From assembly GCA_024137785.1 (NCBI GenBank), contig JAHRHZ010000040.1:6765545-6829544 (forward strand): a stretch of DNA of 64,000 bases. Reading direction: 5' to 3'. The translations under genes and the position numbers were made by a program. The stretch's first letter is position 1, and every line of letters starts with the position of its first letter. Below are positions 25,769 to 37,119 of this stretch, piece by piece. A model generated the notes under the pieces. That model did not search any database and was not told the DNA's origin. It saw only the letters and a program-made list of their open reading frames with translations. Source of the stretch: Ginglymostoma cirratum. Lineage: Eukaryota.

Positions 25769-25838
25769 ATGGCACAGTTCCCAAATCAACCTTTGGTTCT
25801 ATTTTGTTTCATGCAACTAATTTGTCCACAAGTTTCTG
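25769..25838 (+). pseudogene. Locus A exon 1 (signal peptide)
   Basis: MAQFPNQPLVLFCFMQLICPQVS+g with a GTAAGT donor; phase 1 matches the next exon. Confidence 0.7.
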
Positions 25839-27225
25839 GTAAGTAAATGATGTGTCCTGCTCATGCATGTTCTGTAGAAATCCATAAGAACTCACTAGTG
25901 TGTGTTGTTAAAATGAGTTGTGAGTTTGAAACTGGTACCTGCTCAGAACAAAGTTAATTTTAACCTTGAGTCTCCCTCAGTTTGGCCCAACATTGCAGCA
26001 TTAGTTATGAACAGACCACAGACTTCATAGACAATTTCACCATAACTGTAAAGAGCAGTTTAGTTGCTAAAACCGTAGATCGGCATTATTTCTTTCTGCA
26101 GGAAGAATGGGGACAGTTATCTTAAAGGTGAATAATCCCATGTCTCTATCAATGAGAAAGCTGCCAAATCAAATGCTAATTATGACTCAAGTGTTCATCT
26201 GATGGGCTTCTCAGCTTATCAAGTGTCTTGCCTTTGCTGGCTTTCCAGGTGGGGAAATTACTGGGAGCTGGTGTATTTTGATAGATATCATTTATCATTC
26301 TGAGGCCCTCTTCATTTAAACTCTCCATCAACTCAATTTACTTAGCTTCTTGCTATTGCTTTCATTCAGACTATCCTATGTTGACTTGGTGAATTTTCTT
26401 GAACAGTGTTGCCATAAACTTGGCAAAATAATTACTCCTAAACCCGATAGAATACAACACTAATCTACATTTCTTTATGCAAAAACACACAGTCTTTTGA
26501 CCAACCATAAGGATATAATTCAGCACTTTACTAAGCAGCATATCCTTGTGAGTTTCGTCACTAATTCTCCGGCAAAGATTGGCATTTTATTTGTGAATGT
26601 TAAGCAATTCACAGGTAAATCACTGGCTAGACATGAATCAGACTTTATGGGAACTCTTGAAATATTAATCACATTTGCATGATTTCCTGACTTAATATGT
26701 TTAATGATGGTTAATTTTATCATTTGATCCTACCTGCTCAAAGAACACTTTGAGCATTTGTGACACTTCCATAACAATAGACATATTCTTACTGATCCCT
26801 ATTGTTAATATCTTGGCCCAGAATAACTATATTTTCAAACCAGTTTCTTTCCAATAAGTAGACCTTGTTACCTCATATTCTCATTAATGGCAAATATTTG
26901 GATGTATCATCATATTGCAGCCTAATTCACACTTGACCTAACACTCGAATATTGTTATTAGAATAACTGGCCAGTTTCATATAAGTTTTGTCTAAGGAAA
27001 TGTGATTCAGGGGCTTCTGTGATTCTCCTTCTGAAATAACACATATGGGCAGCTGTATCAACCTTGACAGTAAGTTGTGAATTTCTGATGATACCTTTTA
27101 CTGATCGCTGGGATTATATATTCTCTTTCATTTCTACTCTCATCTTCCTTGGTCCATTTTCGTTTTTTCTGTCAGAGTATAATTTGTAATCTTCCAGTTT
27201 GATAATGGTTATCAAATGCGCAGTC

Positions 27226-27235
27226 GGGGATTTCC
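27226..27235 (+). promoter_or_regulatory. NF-kB consensus site in locus A intron 1
   Basis: GGGGATTTCC, with ETS (ACTTCCTGT, 27392) and CRE-like (CACGTCA, 27415) motifs nearby. Confidence 0.4.
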
Positions 27236-27484
27236 AGACTCCTGAACGAATCTTTGATATGTCACGACCACAGTCTAGCACAATCTATGATCTGGAGCTC
27301 TGTGAAGCATTACTGCTCCCTCCATTCATGACCTTATCTGGATATGATTGACTTGCCCACATGAATTGCACTTTGACGAGAAATTCCTCAAACTTCCTGT
27401 GAGAGTTCCAAAAGCACGTCACAATGTACTTTGGTTCTTAATTTCACAAGTAAAGTGCACAAAATGATATCCCATCTTTTACTC

Positions 27485-27707
27485 AGAGATAGTAAGAACT
27501 GGCGGTGCTGGAGTCAGAGATAACACAGTGTGGAGCTGGAGGAACCCAGCAGGCCAGGCAGCATCAGAGGAGCAGGAAAGTTAACATTTCGGGTCGGGTC
27601 GGGACCCTTCTTCAGAAGAGAAGGGTCCCAACCCAAAATGTCAACTTTCCGGCTTCTCATCTGCTGCCTGGCCTGTTGTGTTTCTCCAGCTCCACACTGC
27701 GTTATCC
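27485..27707. mobile_element. Fold-back palindromic Penelope pLTR derivative (older subfamily)
   Basis: Inverted arms around CTTCAGAAGAGAAG, tail on the left arm only. TSD TATCC(C/T)ATCTTTTACT at 27468-27483 and 27703-27718. Confidence 0.85.
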
Positions 27708-27927
27708 TATCTTTTACTGTTCTGTGTTGCACAAAGACAAACGTGCTGCAGACAACCGTGATTGAACCCGGTTTATTTATGCTTCCCCAACTAAAGAGGG
27801 GAGTTGAGAGGGCAATAGAGCAAAATGCTTAACTCTGGCAACAAAACTGCAATCCATTAACATAGTAACGAGTTTATCATAATGTACATATGTAACCATT
27901 TCCTGCAAAAATTGACTGTCTGCAATG

Positions 27928-30515
27928 GAGATAAAAGGTACTGCAGATGCTGGAGAATCCAAGATAACAAGGCGTGGGGCTGGATGAACACAGCAGGCCA
28001 AGCAGCATCATAGGAGCAGGAAAACTTGACGTTTCAGGCCTAGACCCTTCATCAGAAATGGGGGAGGGGAAGAGGGTTCTGAAACAAATATGGAGAGAGG
28101 GAGAGGCGGATAGAGGATGGATAGAGGAGGGGATAGGTGGAGAGGAGGCAGACAAGTCGAAGAGGCGGGGATGGAGCCAGTAAAGGTGAGTGTAGGTGGG
28201 GGGGTAGGGAGGAGATAGGTCAGTCCAGGGAGGACGGACAGGTCAAGGGGGTGGGATGATGTTAGTAGATAGGAGATAGGGGTGGGGCTTGAGGTGGGAG
28301 GAGGGGAAAGGTGAGAGGAAAAACAGGTTAGGGAGGTGGAGTTGAGCTGGACTGGTTTTGGGATGCGGTTGGGGGAGGGGAGATTTTGAAGCTTGTGAAA
28401 TCCACATTGATGCCATTGGGCTGCAGGGTTCCCAGGCTGAATATGATTTGCTGTTCCTGCAGCCTTCGGGTGGCATCACTGTGGCATTGCGGGAGGCCCA
28501 GGATGGACATGTCGTCTGAGGAATGGGAGGGGGAGTTGAAATGGTTCGCGACTGGGAGGTGCAGTTGTTTGTTGCGAACTGAGTGCAGGTGTTCTGCAAA
28601 GCGGTCCCCAAGCCTCCGCTTGGTTTCCCCGATGTAGAGGAAGCCACAATGGGTACAGCGGATGCAGTATACCACATTGGCAGATGTGCAGGTGAACATC
28701 TGCCTGATGTGGAAAGTCTTCTTGGAGCCTGGGATTGGGGTGAGGGAGGAGGTGTGGGGGCAGGTGTAGCACTTCCTGCGGTTACAGGGAAAAGTGCCGG
28801 GTGTGGTGGGGCTGGAGGGGAGTGTGGAGCGGACAAGGGAGTCGCAGAGGGAGTGGTCTCTCCGGAAGGCAGATAAGGGTGGGGAGGGAAAAATGTCTTT
28901 GGTGGTGGGGTCTGATTGCAGATGGCGGAAGTGTCGGAGGATGATGCGTTTGATCCGGAGGTTGGTGGGGTGGTACGTGAGGACGAGGGGGATTCTTTTT
29001 TGGTTATTATTGTGGGGACGTGGCGTGAGAGATGTGTTACGGGAAATGCGGGAGACACGGTCGAGGGCGTTCTCGACCACTGTGGGGGGAAGTTGCGGTC
29101 CTTGAAGAATGAGGACATCTGAGATGTACGGGAGTGGAATGTCTCATCCTGGGAGCAGATGCGGCGGAGGCGAAGGAATTGGGAATAGGGGATGGCATTT
29201 TTGCAGGAAGGTGGGTGGGAGGAGGTGTATTCCAGGTAGCTGTGGGAGTCAGTGGACTTGAAATGGACATCGGTTTCTAGGTGGTTACCCGAGATGGAGA
29301 CAGAGAGGTCCAGAAAAGAGAGAGAAGTGTTGGAGATGGTCCAGGTGAACTTCAGGTTGGGGTGGAAGGTGTTGGTGAAGTGGATGAACTGTTCGAGCTC
29401 CTCGTGGAAGCACGAGGCGGCGCCGATGCAGTCATCAATGTAACAGAGGAAGAGGTGGGGTTTAGGGCCACTGTAGGTATGGAAGAGGGATTGTTCCACG
29501 TAGCCTACAAAGAGGCAGGCATAGCTTGGGCCCATGCGGGTACCCATGGCCACCCCCTTTGTCTGTAAGAAGAGGAGGAATTGAAAGAGAAGTTGTTGAG
29601 GGTGAGGACGAGTTCGGCTAAGCGGATGAGGGTGTCGGTGGAGGGGGATTGGTCAGTTCTGCGGGACAGGAAGAAGCGGAGGGCCTTTAGGCCATCTGCA
29701 TGGGGAATACAGGTGTATAGGGACTGGACATCCATAGTCAAAATGAGGTGTTGGGGACCGGGGAATTGGAAGTTCTGGAGGAGATGGAGGGCGTGGGTGG
29801 TGTCACGGACGTAGGTAGGGAGTTCCTGGACCAAGGGGGTGAAAATGGAGTCTAGGTAGGTGGAGATGAGTTCAGTGGGGCAGGAGCAGGCGACCAGGGC
29901 ATTCAGGTTTGTGGATTTTGGGAAGGAGATAGAAGCGGGCGGTGCAGGGTTGGGGAACGATGAGGTTGGAGGCGGTGGGTGGGAGGTCACCTGAGGTGAT
30001 GAGGTTGTGGATGGTTTGGGAGATGATGGTTTGGTGCTCGGGGGTGGGGTCATGATCCAGGGGGCGGTAGGAGGAGGTGTCAGAGAGTTGGCGCCTGGCC
30101 TCAGCAATGTCGAGGTCAGTGTGCCATACTACGACTGCCCCTCCCTTGTCTGTGGGTTTTATGGTGAGGTTGGGATTGGAGCAGAGGGAGTGGAGGGCTG
30201 CACGTTCTGCGGTGGAGAGGTTGGAGTGTTTAAGAGGGGTAGAGAGGTTGAGGCGATTGATGTCTCGACGGCAGTTGGAGATGAAGAGGTCGAGGGAGGG
30301 TAGGAGGCCTTGGGGTGGTGTCCTCTTCGACTTGTCTGCCTCCTCTCCACCTATCCCCTCCTCTATCCGCCTCCCCCTCTCTCCCTATTTATTTCAGAAC
30401 CCTCTTCCCCTCCCCCATTTCTGATGAAGGGTCTAGGCCCGAAACGTCAAGTTTTCCTGCTCCTATGATGCTGCTTGCCCTGCTGTGTTCATCCAGCCCC
30501 ACGCCTTGTTATCTC
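27928..30515 (-). mobile_element. Penelope-like retroelement (Neptune-type), 5'-truncated with an inverted pLTR
   Basis: RT motifs DKGGAVVV, TMDVQSLYT, AMGTRMGPSYA and YIDD; Cys-rich linker CNRRKCYTC; GIY-YIG NVVYCIRC...YIGETKR..RFAEH; several frameshifts. Inverted 3'-end copy at about 30322-30515. TSD TGTCTGCAATGGAG at 27917-27930 and 30518-30531. Confidence 0.95.
30417..30452 (+). ncRNA. Minimal type I hammerhead ribozyme motif in the inverted pLTR
   Basis: ATTT-CTGATGA-A-GGGT(CTAG)GCCC-GAAA-C-GTC-AAGT. ATTT/AAGT form helix I; predicted cleavage is after 30448. Confidence 0.82.
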
Positions 30516-31122
30516 TATGTCTGCAATGGAGGAAGGTTTAACCAAATTGCAAACTTGCTTTTTGATTATCGTGTAGTATGCAGGAAATGTTCCCCTGTAT
30601 GTGTTATCAAAGATTGAACTTTGTTCTTTTAAAAAGTTTAGTAAGCGCCCATTAAGTGAATAATGTGTAATTATATAGTTATATCTTAAATGAACTATCA
30701 ATAAGAAATTTTGCAGTTTTATATTGTGCTTCATGAGTAGATCTGCTACTTTAAAAGAGGTAACTAGAAAACTGTGAATAGTGTAAAAAGATATGAAAAC
30801 AAAATTTACTTGCAATCGTAAAGGCCAGCTTTATTGGGAAGTCAGAATGTATTGTTCCTGACCAGCCTCAGGGCTGCTGGGATTTGTTTCCCCAGAGCAT
30901 TTCAATGATCTAGAGCTGGCCCAGAGCCTAGTGCCTGTGGATCGAGTTCAGAAGCCAAAATGTCATTATGTAAAATGCAAACAAAGATTTACCATGTAAA
31001 TTGAATATGCGGGAAACAGCACATTTATAAATAATAAAAACAAATCAAATTTTGTATCAGTACAAGTATTTTGCTGCCAGAGATTTTTACAATCAAACAT
31101 AACAATTTTGTTCAATTTTCAG

Positions 31123-31240
31123 AAAGTATTGCACACCCACTGCAAGTGAATTTCAACTCTACCGACTTCTACAATGTTTTACAACGGCAGGAAGCCAATC
31201 ATCCCAGTAGGAGTATTGTTCACATGGTACAATACAAAAT
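31123..31240 (+). pseudogene. Locus A exon 2 (FNIII D1, first half)
   Basis: ESIAHPLQVNFNSTDFYNVLQRQEANHPSRSIVHMVQYKM with AG/GTAAGT boundaries. The conserved L-x-W Trp is Arg (CGG). Confidence 0.88.
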
Positions 31241-33124
31241 GTAAGTGTCTTTCAAGGTAAATATAACAACAAGAAAAGTACAATAAAATTATCATGAAGG
31301 TGACAGAGAGAAATGGAAGTAAAGACAGAGATAAATCAATAAACATAATAAAAGATTGTTTCAACTAAAAGAGAATCAGGGAGTGGCCAGAACTCTAAAG
31401 GTTAGAAAATAGAAATTTATTTAAGTGAGTTACATGTTACATGGTACGATTGTCCCAAAAATTAACATTGCTAAAAAAAAGGAATAGACTCATCAGGCCA
31501 GCTTTCAAGAAATACCAAAGTAAAGGGGATACATTCAGACTGTATAAAGGAGTGTGCAGATTGGTTGGAAAGTGGACTCAATTGGCAGAGATGTTGCCAT
31601 GGCAAATAAAAAGGTCTCCAGTTACATGTATTAATAAGAGATACCAGGGATAGATACTGTTAATGAGTACTGGAGAAATGTAGGAAGCAGAGTAACTTGC
31701 CGTGCATTTTAAAAAAGAAGCAAAATAGGCCAACACAAATAAAACCCCAAGAGCTAAAAAATTTCAGTTGCATTGCACCATTTCTAGCCGTGGAACAGAT
31801 GCCCTGTTGATATCCCCAGTAGAAGCTGCACCTTGAACTGATATCTGTAAAACTACAAACTGTTCTTTATTGACAATGGAACTCACAGCTGTTTACTAAA
31901 CAATTCTAACTGGTGTTAACCTAATATTGTACAGTATGACCTGTTGATCTCACGTGGAGGTTTCTGGATTGGAACAGGGTGAGGATGTATCGGGAGTTGG
32001 GAAGGCACATAGGCTGGCACATGCCATCATTGTCAATGTTCTTGGCACCATCAGCTACTATGGGCCATGTCCTCCAACCTAAACACGCTGAAAACCACCT
32101 CCTCTGTCAAGCTCGGGAGATGCAGATATCCTTGTCCCCTTCTAGATCTGGTTCTTAAGGCTTTCGTGTCTCCTGTTTCCACCCATACCCCCATCCATGT
32201 ATCTTACTTCCTGCAAACCTGAACCCCTACTGCCTTCCATGGTCTGCCACAATGCTGCTCGGGCCTTCTGCTGTGCATGGAGATCCTGAACAGTTTTGAG
32301 AAGGTGACTAAAATACCTGGCACCAAAATCATTCTGAATTGATGGGCAGACGTGTTTCCTGTTCTCACCTCAAGAAAACAGGCACAGAAATTCTGTGAGC
32401 CATGGTCTCACATACAAAAACTGGGTAAATGAATATTATGCTCCAGTTGTCTTCATTCAGCACTTATTTAGATGATCAAGATGTAATTTGAAAATTATTT
32501 GCATGGTAATAACCTGATAAAATGCACTCGGAAGGATTCAGAAGATAAAAGAACTTAGGGATCTGTCTGCTTATAAACCAATTTGATTGTGAAAAACCCT
32601 ATTGCTTGGTGAACTATCTTTCAAAGACAGGTCTTTAACATTCAAGAAATTAGTTTTGAGGAAAGACTGGAGGACTTCTGTCCTCTAAGCTTTAAAGGGA
32701 GTTGGCCATGGTAGACAGTTAAGAAATATGTATTCGGTAGTAAACTGTACGGAAAAGCATATGCTGAACACTAATTCAAACTGAATCATCACAACAGGAT
32801 AATAGGACACAGGTGAAAATTAATAAAAGATAAATTTAGGACTAATATCAGAAAGTTCTGAATATGAATTAAAAATAAAATGAACTTCAAATTGAGTAGC
32901 TGAGGAAATGTGTGTGAAGGAGCAGCACTATTATAATGTTTCGCTGGAAGGATGCAGTAATGTTGGTTTACAGCATTCATTATCCGCATTTATCTTGTGA
33001 ACTTGTAAATGATTTCAATCCAACTTTGTAACCTGTCAACCCGCTAATGATTCATTTGACATGTGCCATATTTTAATTGCTATTCAAGCACAGTCTAAAA
33101 CCAAAGTGAAATTGTCTATTGTAG

Positions 33125-33303
33125 GTATGGGGAGAAACAGTGGAATAATAAAACAGAATGCTGGAGAATAAGTCAGCCATTCTGTGACCTTACTCAAGAG
33201 ACAAGGCACTTTATGGAGCCATACTTTGCAAGAGTTCAAGCCCTTACAGCAAATGGCCACTCAAACTGGGTACATAGTGAAAGGTTTATTCCCTTCTGGG
33301 AAA
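33125..33303 (+). pseudogene. Locus A exon 3 (FNIII D1, second half)
   Basis: YGEKQWNNKTECWRISQPFCDLTQETRHFMEPYFARVQALTANGHSNWVHSERFIPFWE. The donor reads GGAAGT instead of GTAAGT. Confidence 0.92.
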
Positions 33304-33809
33304 GGAAGTATGTATGCATTACTGTGTCTTGAATTTTCCACTGAATGAAAAACGGTGAGTAAATGGCCTTCCTTCTCTGAATCCAACTTGTGATTTTGTA
33401 AAACAGGCAATGATCATGTGCAATCTGGAAAACTCCTGTCAAGGTAGTAAAGAAAAATGTAATAGGAAGTACCCAAAAGGATTCAGAAGGTAAAGCTTTG
33501 TGTTTGTCAGTCTCCTAGTACCCCAGTTAGACTGTAGAAATTCTTAACACTGATTGTACTATCTGTAATATTGGAGAAGTGTGTTTTTAATAAAGATTGT
33601 GGAAATTTTTCTTTGAGCCTTAAAAAGGAGTTGATCACGAATTGACATTATAGAGATAGATTAAGCAGCAAACTGTATGGTAAATTATGTACAGAAGACT
33701 TATAGGAATAACCGGATGTGTTTGACAAAGTTGTCTGCATCCAGCATCTCAATTCATTTTGGACCAGCTTCTTTGGCATCAACTAATATTCCATGGTAGA
33801 GACAGTAGA

Positions 33810-34970
33810 AGGATTGTAAGATAAAGGGAACCAGTAGTTGTAATATGTTTCAACTTGCAAAAGGTATTCAATAATGTACCACACAAAAAAAGTTACTTAA
33901 TAAGCTCAGAGTCCATGGTATTTGGGGTAGAATATTCACATGGATAGAGGATTGGCTAACCAATAGAAGACTGAGAGTTGGGATAGGGAGAGGGAGGGAT
34001 GGATTATCAGGATGGCAACTTGTGGAGAGCCACAGGGATCAATGCTGGGATCACATTATTTACAGTCTACATTAGTATCTTGGATAAAGGAAGTGAATGT
34101 CTTGTCAGGTTTGTGGATGACACAAAATTAGGTGGGAGGATGGCACATTGTACACAGAGGGAGGTAGATGTGTTAAGTGAGTGGAGCTAAAATTTGATAG
34201 ACAGAATATAATGTGGGAAAATGTGATGTTATGCTCTTTGGCAAGAAGAATATAGGAGCTGAATATTATTTAACTTCGGAAAGACTACAGAAAGTTATAA
34301 CAGAGGCATCTCAGGTCATTGTCCAGGAATCACAAAACACTAACATGCAAGTTCAGTAGGTTATAGGGAAGGCAAATGGAATGTAGTCCTTTATTTCAAT
34401 GGAAATGGAATATTAAGACAGGGAATTCTTGCTAAAACTATCCAAGGCAATAGTTAGACCACACCTGGAATACTGTGAACAGTTCCCTCACCATTGGAGG
34501 TAGTCCAGTCAAGATTCATTAGGTTGATCCTGGCTATAGAGGGATTTCCTTATGAGGAGACGTTGTGTAGGTAGTGCTAATACTCACTGGAGTTTAAAAC
34601 AAGGAGAAGTAACCTTATTGAAATATGTAAGATTCTTAGGGGACCTGGCAGAGTAGATGCAGAGATGTTGTTTCCCCGCTATGGAAGAGTCTGGAATCAG
34701 AGGTCATAATCTCAGAGTTAGCAGTCACCCATTTAAGACAGCAATTTCTTGTCTTAGAGGGTTGCGAATTCTTTACCATCGAGGACTGGAGAGGTTGAGT
34801 CATTAAGTATTTTCAAGGCTGAGGTGGATTTTGCTTATCAGTAAAGGGTTGTGGAAAAGGCAAGAGGGCAGAGTTGAAAATATCAGATCAACTATGATCT
34901 CATTGAATGGCAGAGCAGATTGATAGACCGAATGGCCTACTTTTGCTTCTATGTTTTATGGTCTTATTGT
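33810..34970 (+). mobile_element. Degenerate CR1 RT and 3' end in locus A intron 3
   Basis: FVDDTKLGG and HLEYC motifs, plus a CR1 tail. Confidence 0.8.
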
Positions 34971-35501
34971 TGTGTAACATAATGTAACATGAGACCAAAC
35001 ATAAAATAGGACCAAAAGCTTAGACTTTGATGTTGGTTTAAAGGAGCATTTTAAAGGAGGAGAGAGCAGTGGAGAGGCCAAGATGTTAATGGAGACTTTG
35101 GCAGCTAAAGGGATGGCCAGCAGTGGTCAAGCAATGAAAGTCAGAAATACATTACAGACTAAATTACAACAGTAGAGAAATTTTGGAGGGTGGAGGAGGT
35201 TGCAGATATAGGGAGATCTTGTGTGTCAGGAATGATGGGAGTTAGGTTCCATTATCAATGAATTGGATAATCTCAAATTTATGATGGAAGATGGGTGGCT
35301 GACTGGGGGATATTTATTAATGTTTCTTTCACTTATAAGTTAAGGGATAAAACTATAATAATTACAATAAACCAAGACAGAAATTATTGACTTAATAATT
35401 GTACACAAAAAATTGCTTTTTTGAATGATTTAAGATGTATTTAAACCATTCATATCAATACAAAATCCTCTTATTACTTTTGAATATTTTTGAAACTGTA
35501 G

Positions 35502-35674
35502 CAGCCATTAGTCCGCCAAAGATTAAACTCACACCCCAGTCAGGATCTATACAGGTGGAATTGTTTGCTCTGTGAACACCTTTCAGAAGGAAAAATGGCT
35601 CCTGGATTACCTTGGATAAAATTTATATCGACTTGGAATACCAAGTAGAAATTACAGGAAATCCAGTGGATCAT
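35502..35674 (+). pseudogene. Locus A exon 4 (FNIII D2, first half)
   Basis: TAISPPKIKLTPQSGSIQVELFAL*TPFRRKNGSWITLDKIYIDLEYQVEITGNPVDH, with TGA at 35573-35575. 173 nt, the same length as locus B exon 4. Confidence 0.9.
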
Positions 35675-36609
35675 GTAAGGTTAAAGCTGCTGTCTTTATG
35701 TTATTAATGCTCCATTAGTTCCTTTAAATGAAACACTATAGTTCTGGCCCTCTGTTGTGGGTGCCCATAGCTCTAACGTGAAACTGCTGAATGTAGAATC
35801 ACACTTTCTGATTTTTCACATTGTGACTTCCACTTGAGACAATATAATGAAGTAAAGGACTTCTTTTCTGTATACAGGGTTATATTGGCTAATATTAGAC
35901 ATAAGAGAAATACAGACCCTCTTTAATAGGAACAATTACAAGGAATGCAACTGCTATTTATAATAGAGAGAGGCACAAACAAAAACATGAAAAACAGAAA
36001 GTTGTCTTTGTAGCTTTGCATTTTTTCAGATTAGTTAATACATTTGGAAAATGGGACTATTTCTACATGGAATCAACGCCAGAAATTTGCATTCCCTGTA
36101 AAATTCCTTGATCATTTTCCCAATGTCTGCCTGTCTGCCTTGATCATCTGCAATTTTACAGTGGATCAGGTGACAGTCAGGTGTCAGCCTATCCACCATT
36201 ACCTTCATTGATGTTCTTAATAGGCCAGTTACCAATCAATTAAGGTTGTTTGCCACCCAGTCTCAGCTTTCAGGCCGAGGGCAGAATTCAGAGTGAAAAC
36301 AGAAAATGTCCCTACCCAGGACTCTTCCATTAAAAGCCTCCTTTCAACATTAGGCAGCATCTACAAGGTTGATCTCTCATGGATGCTGCCTCCTTCTCAC
36401 CCTTGGACTCTTTACAAACATCTGCACCGAGCTCTCTACTCACCTCCTCCCCTGGGTGACACCATGTAGAGACCCTTACACTTACCTAGTCCTTCACTCC
36501 AGTCTTGGATGACACATCAAGAAAGGAAGTTCTTTTTCCTTAATTCATTCCTAGCATTTGGGCTTTGTTGCCCAGTGGCAGCATTTATTGCCCATCTCTA
36601 TTTGCCTCA

Positions 36610-37115
36610 AGAATATAGAAACATAGAAAATAGGTGCAGGAGTAGGCCATTTGGCCCTTCGAGCCTGCACCACCATTCAATACAATCATGGCTGATCATG
36701 CAATCTCAGTATTCCATTCCGGTCCTCTGTCCATACCCCTTGATCCCTTTAGCCACAAGGCCATGTCCAGCTCCCCCTTGAATATCAAGAAAGGACTGGC
36801 CCCAATGGCTTCCTGTGAGAGAGAATTCCACAGGTTCACAATTCCCTGAGTGAAGAAATTCTTCCTCATTTCAGTCCTAAATGGCTTACCCCTTATTCTT
36901 AGACTGTGACCACTTGTTCTGGATTTCCCCAACATTGGGGACATTCTTCCTGTATCGAGCCAGTCTAATCCCATCAGGATTTTATATGTTTCTGTGCGAT
37001 CCCCCTCATTCTTCTAAATTCTAGCAAATACAAGCCCAGTTGATCCAATCTTTCCTCAAATGACAGTCCTGCTATCCTAGGAATCAGTCTGGTGAACCTT
37101 CACTGGACTTCCTCA
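36610..37115 (-). mobile_element. CR1 3' end
   Basis: ORF 36696-36974 reads GHSLRIRGKPFRTEMRKNFFTQ...LWNSL. Confidence 0.85.
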
Positions 37116-37119
37116 ATAT

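Noticed and set aside
28386-30617. Multiple + strand ORFs
   Set aside because: They are antisense shadows of the GC-rich Penelope ORF.
33304-33317. Rescue of the dead locus A donor by nearby GT sites at 33308 and 33312
   Set aside because: They add 4 or 8 nt and shift the frame, and the next exon has a stop anyway.
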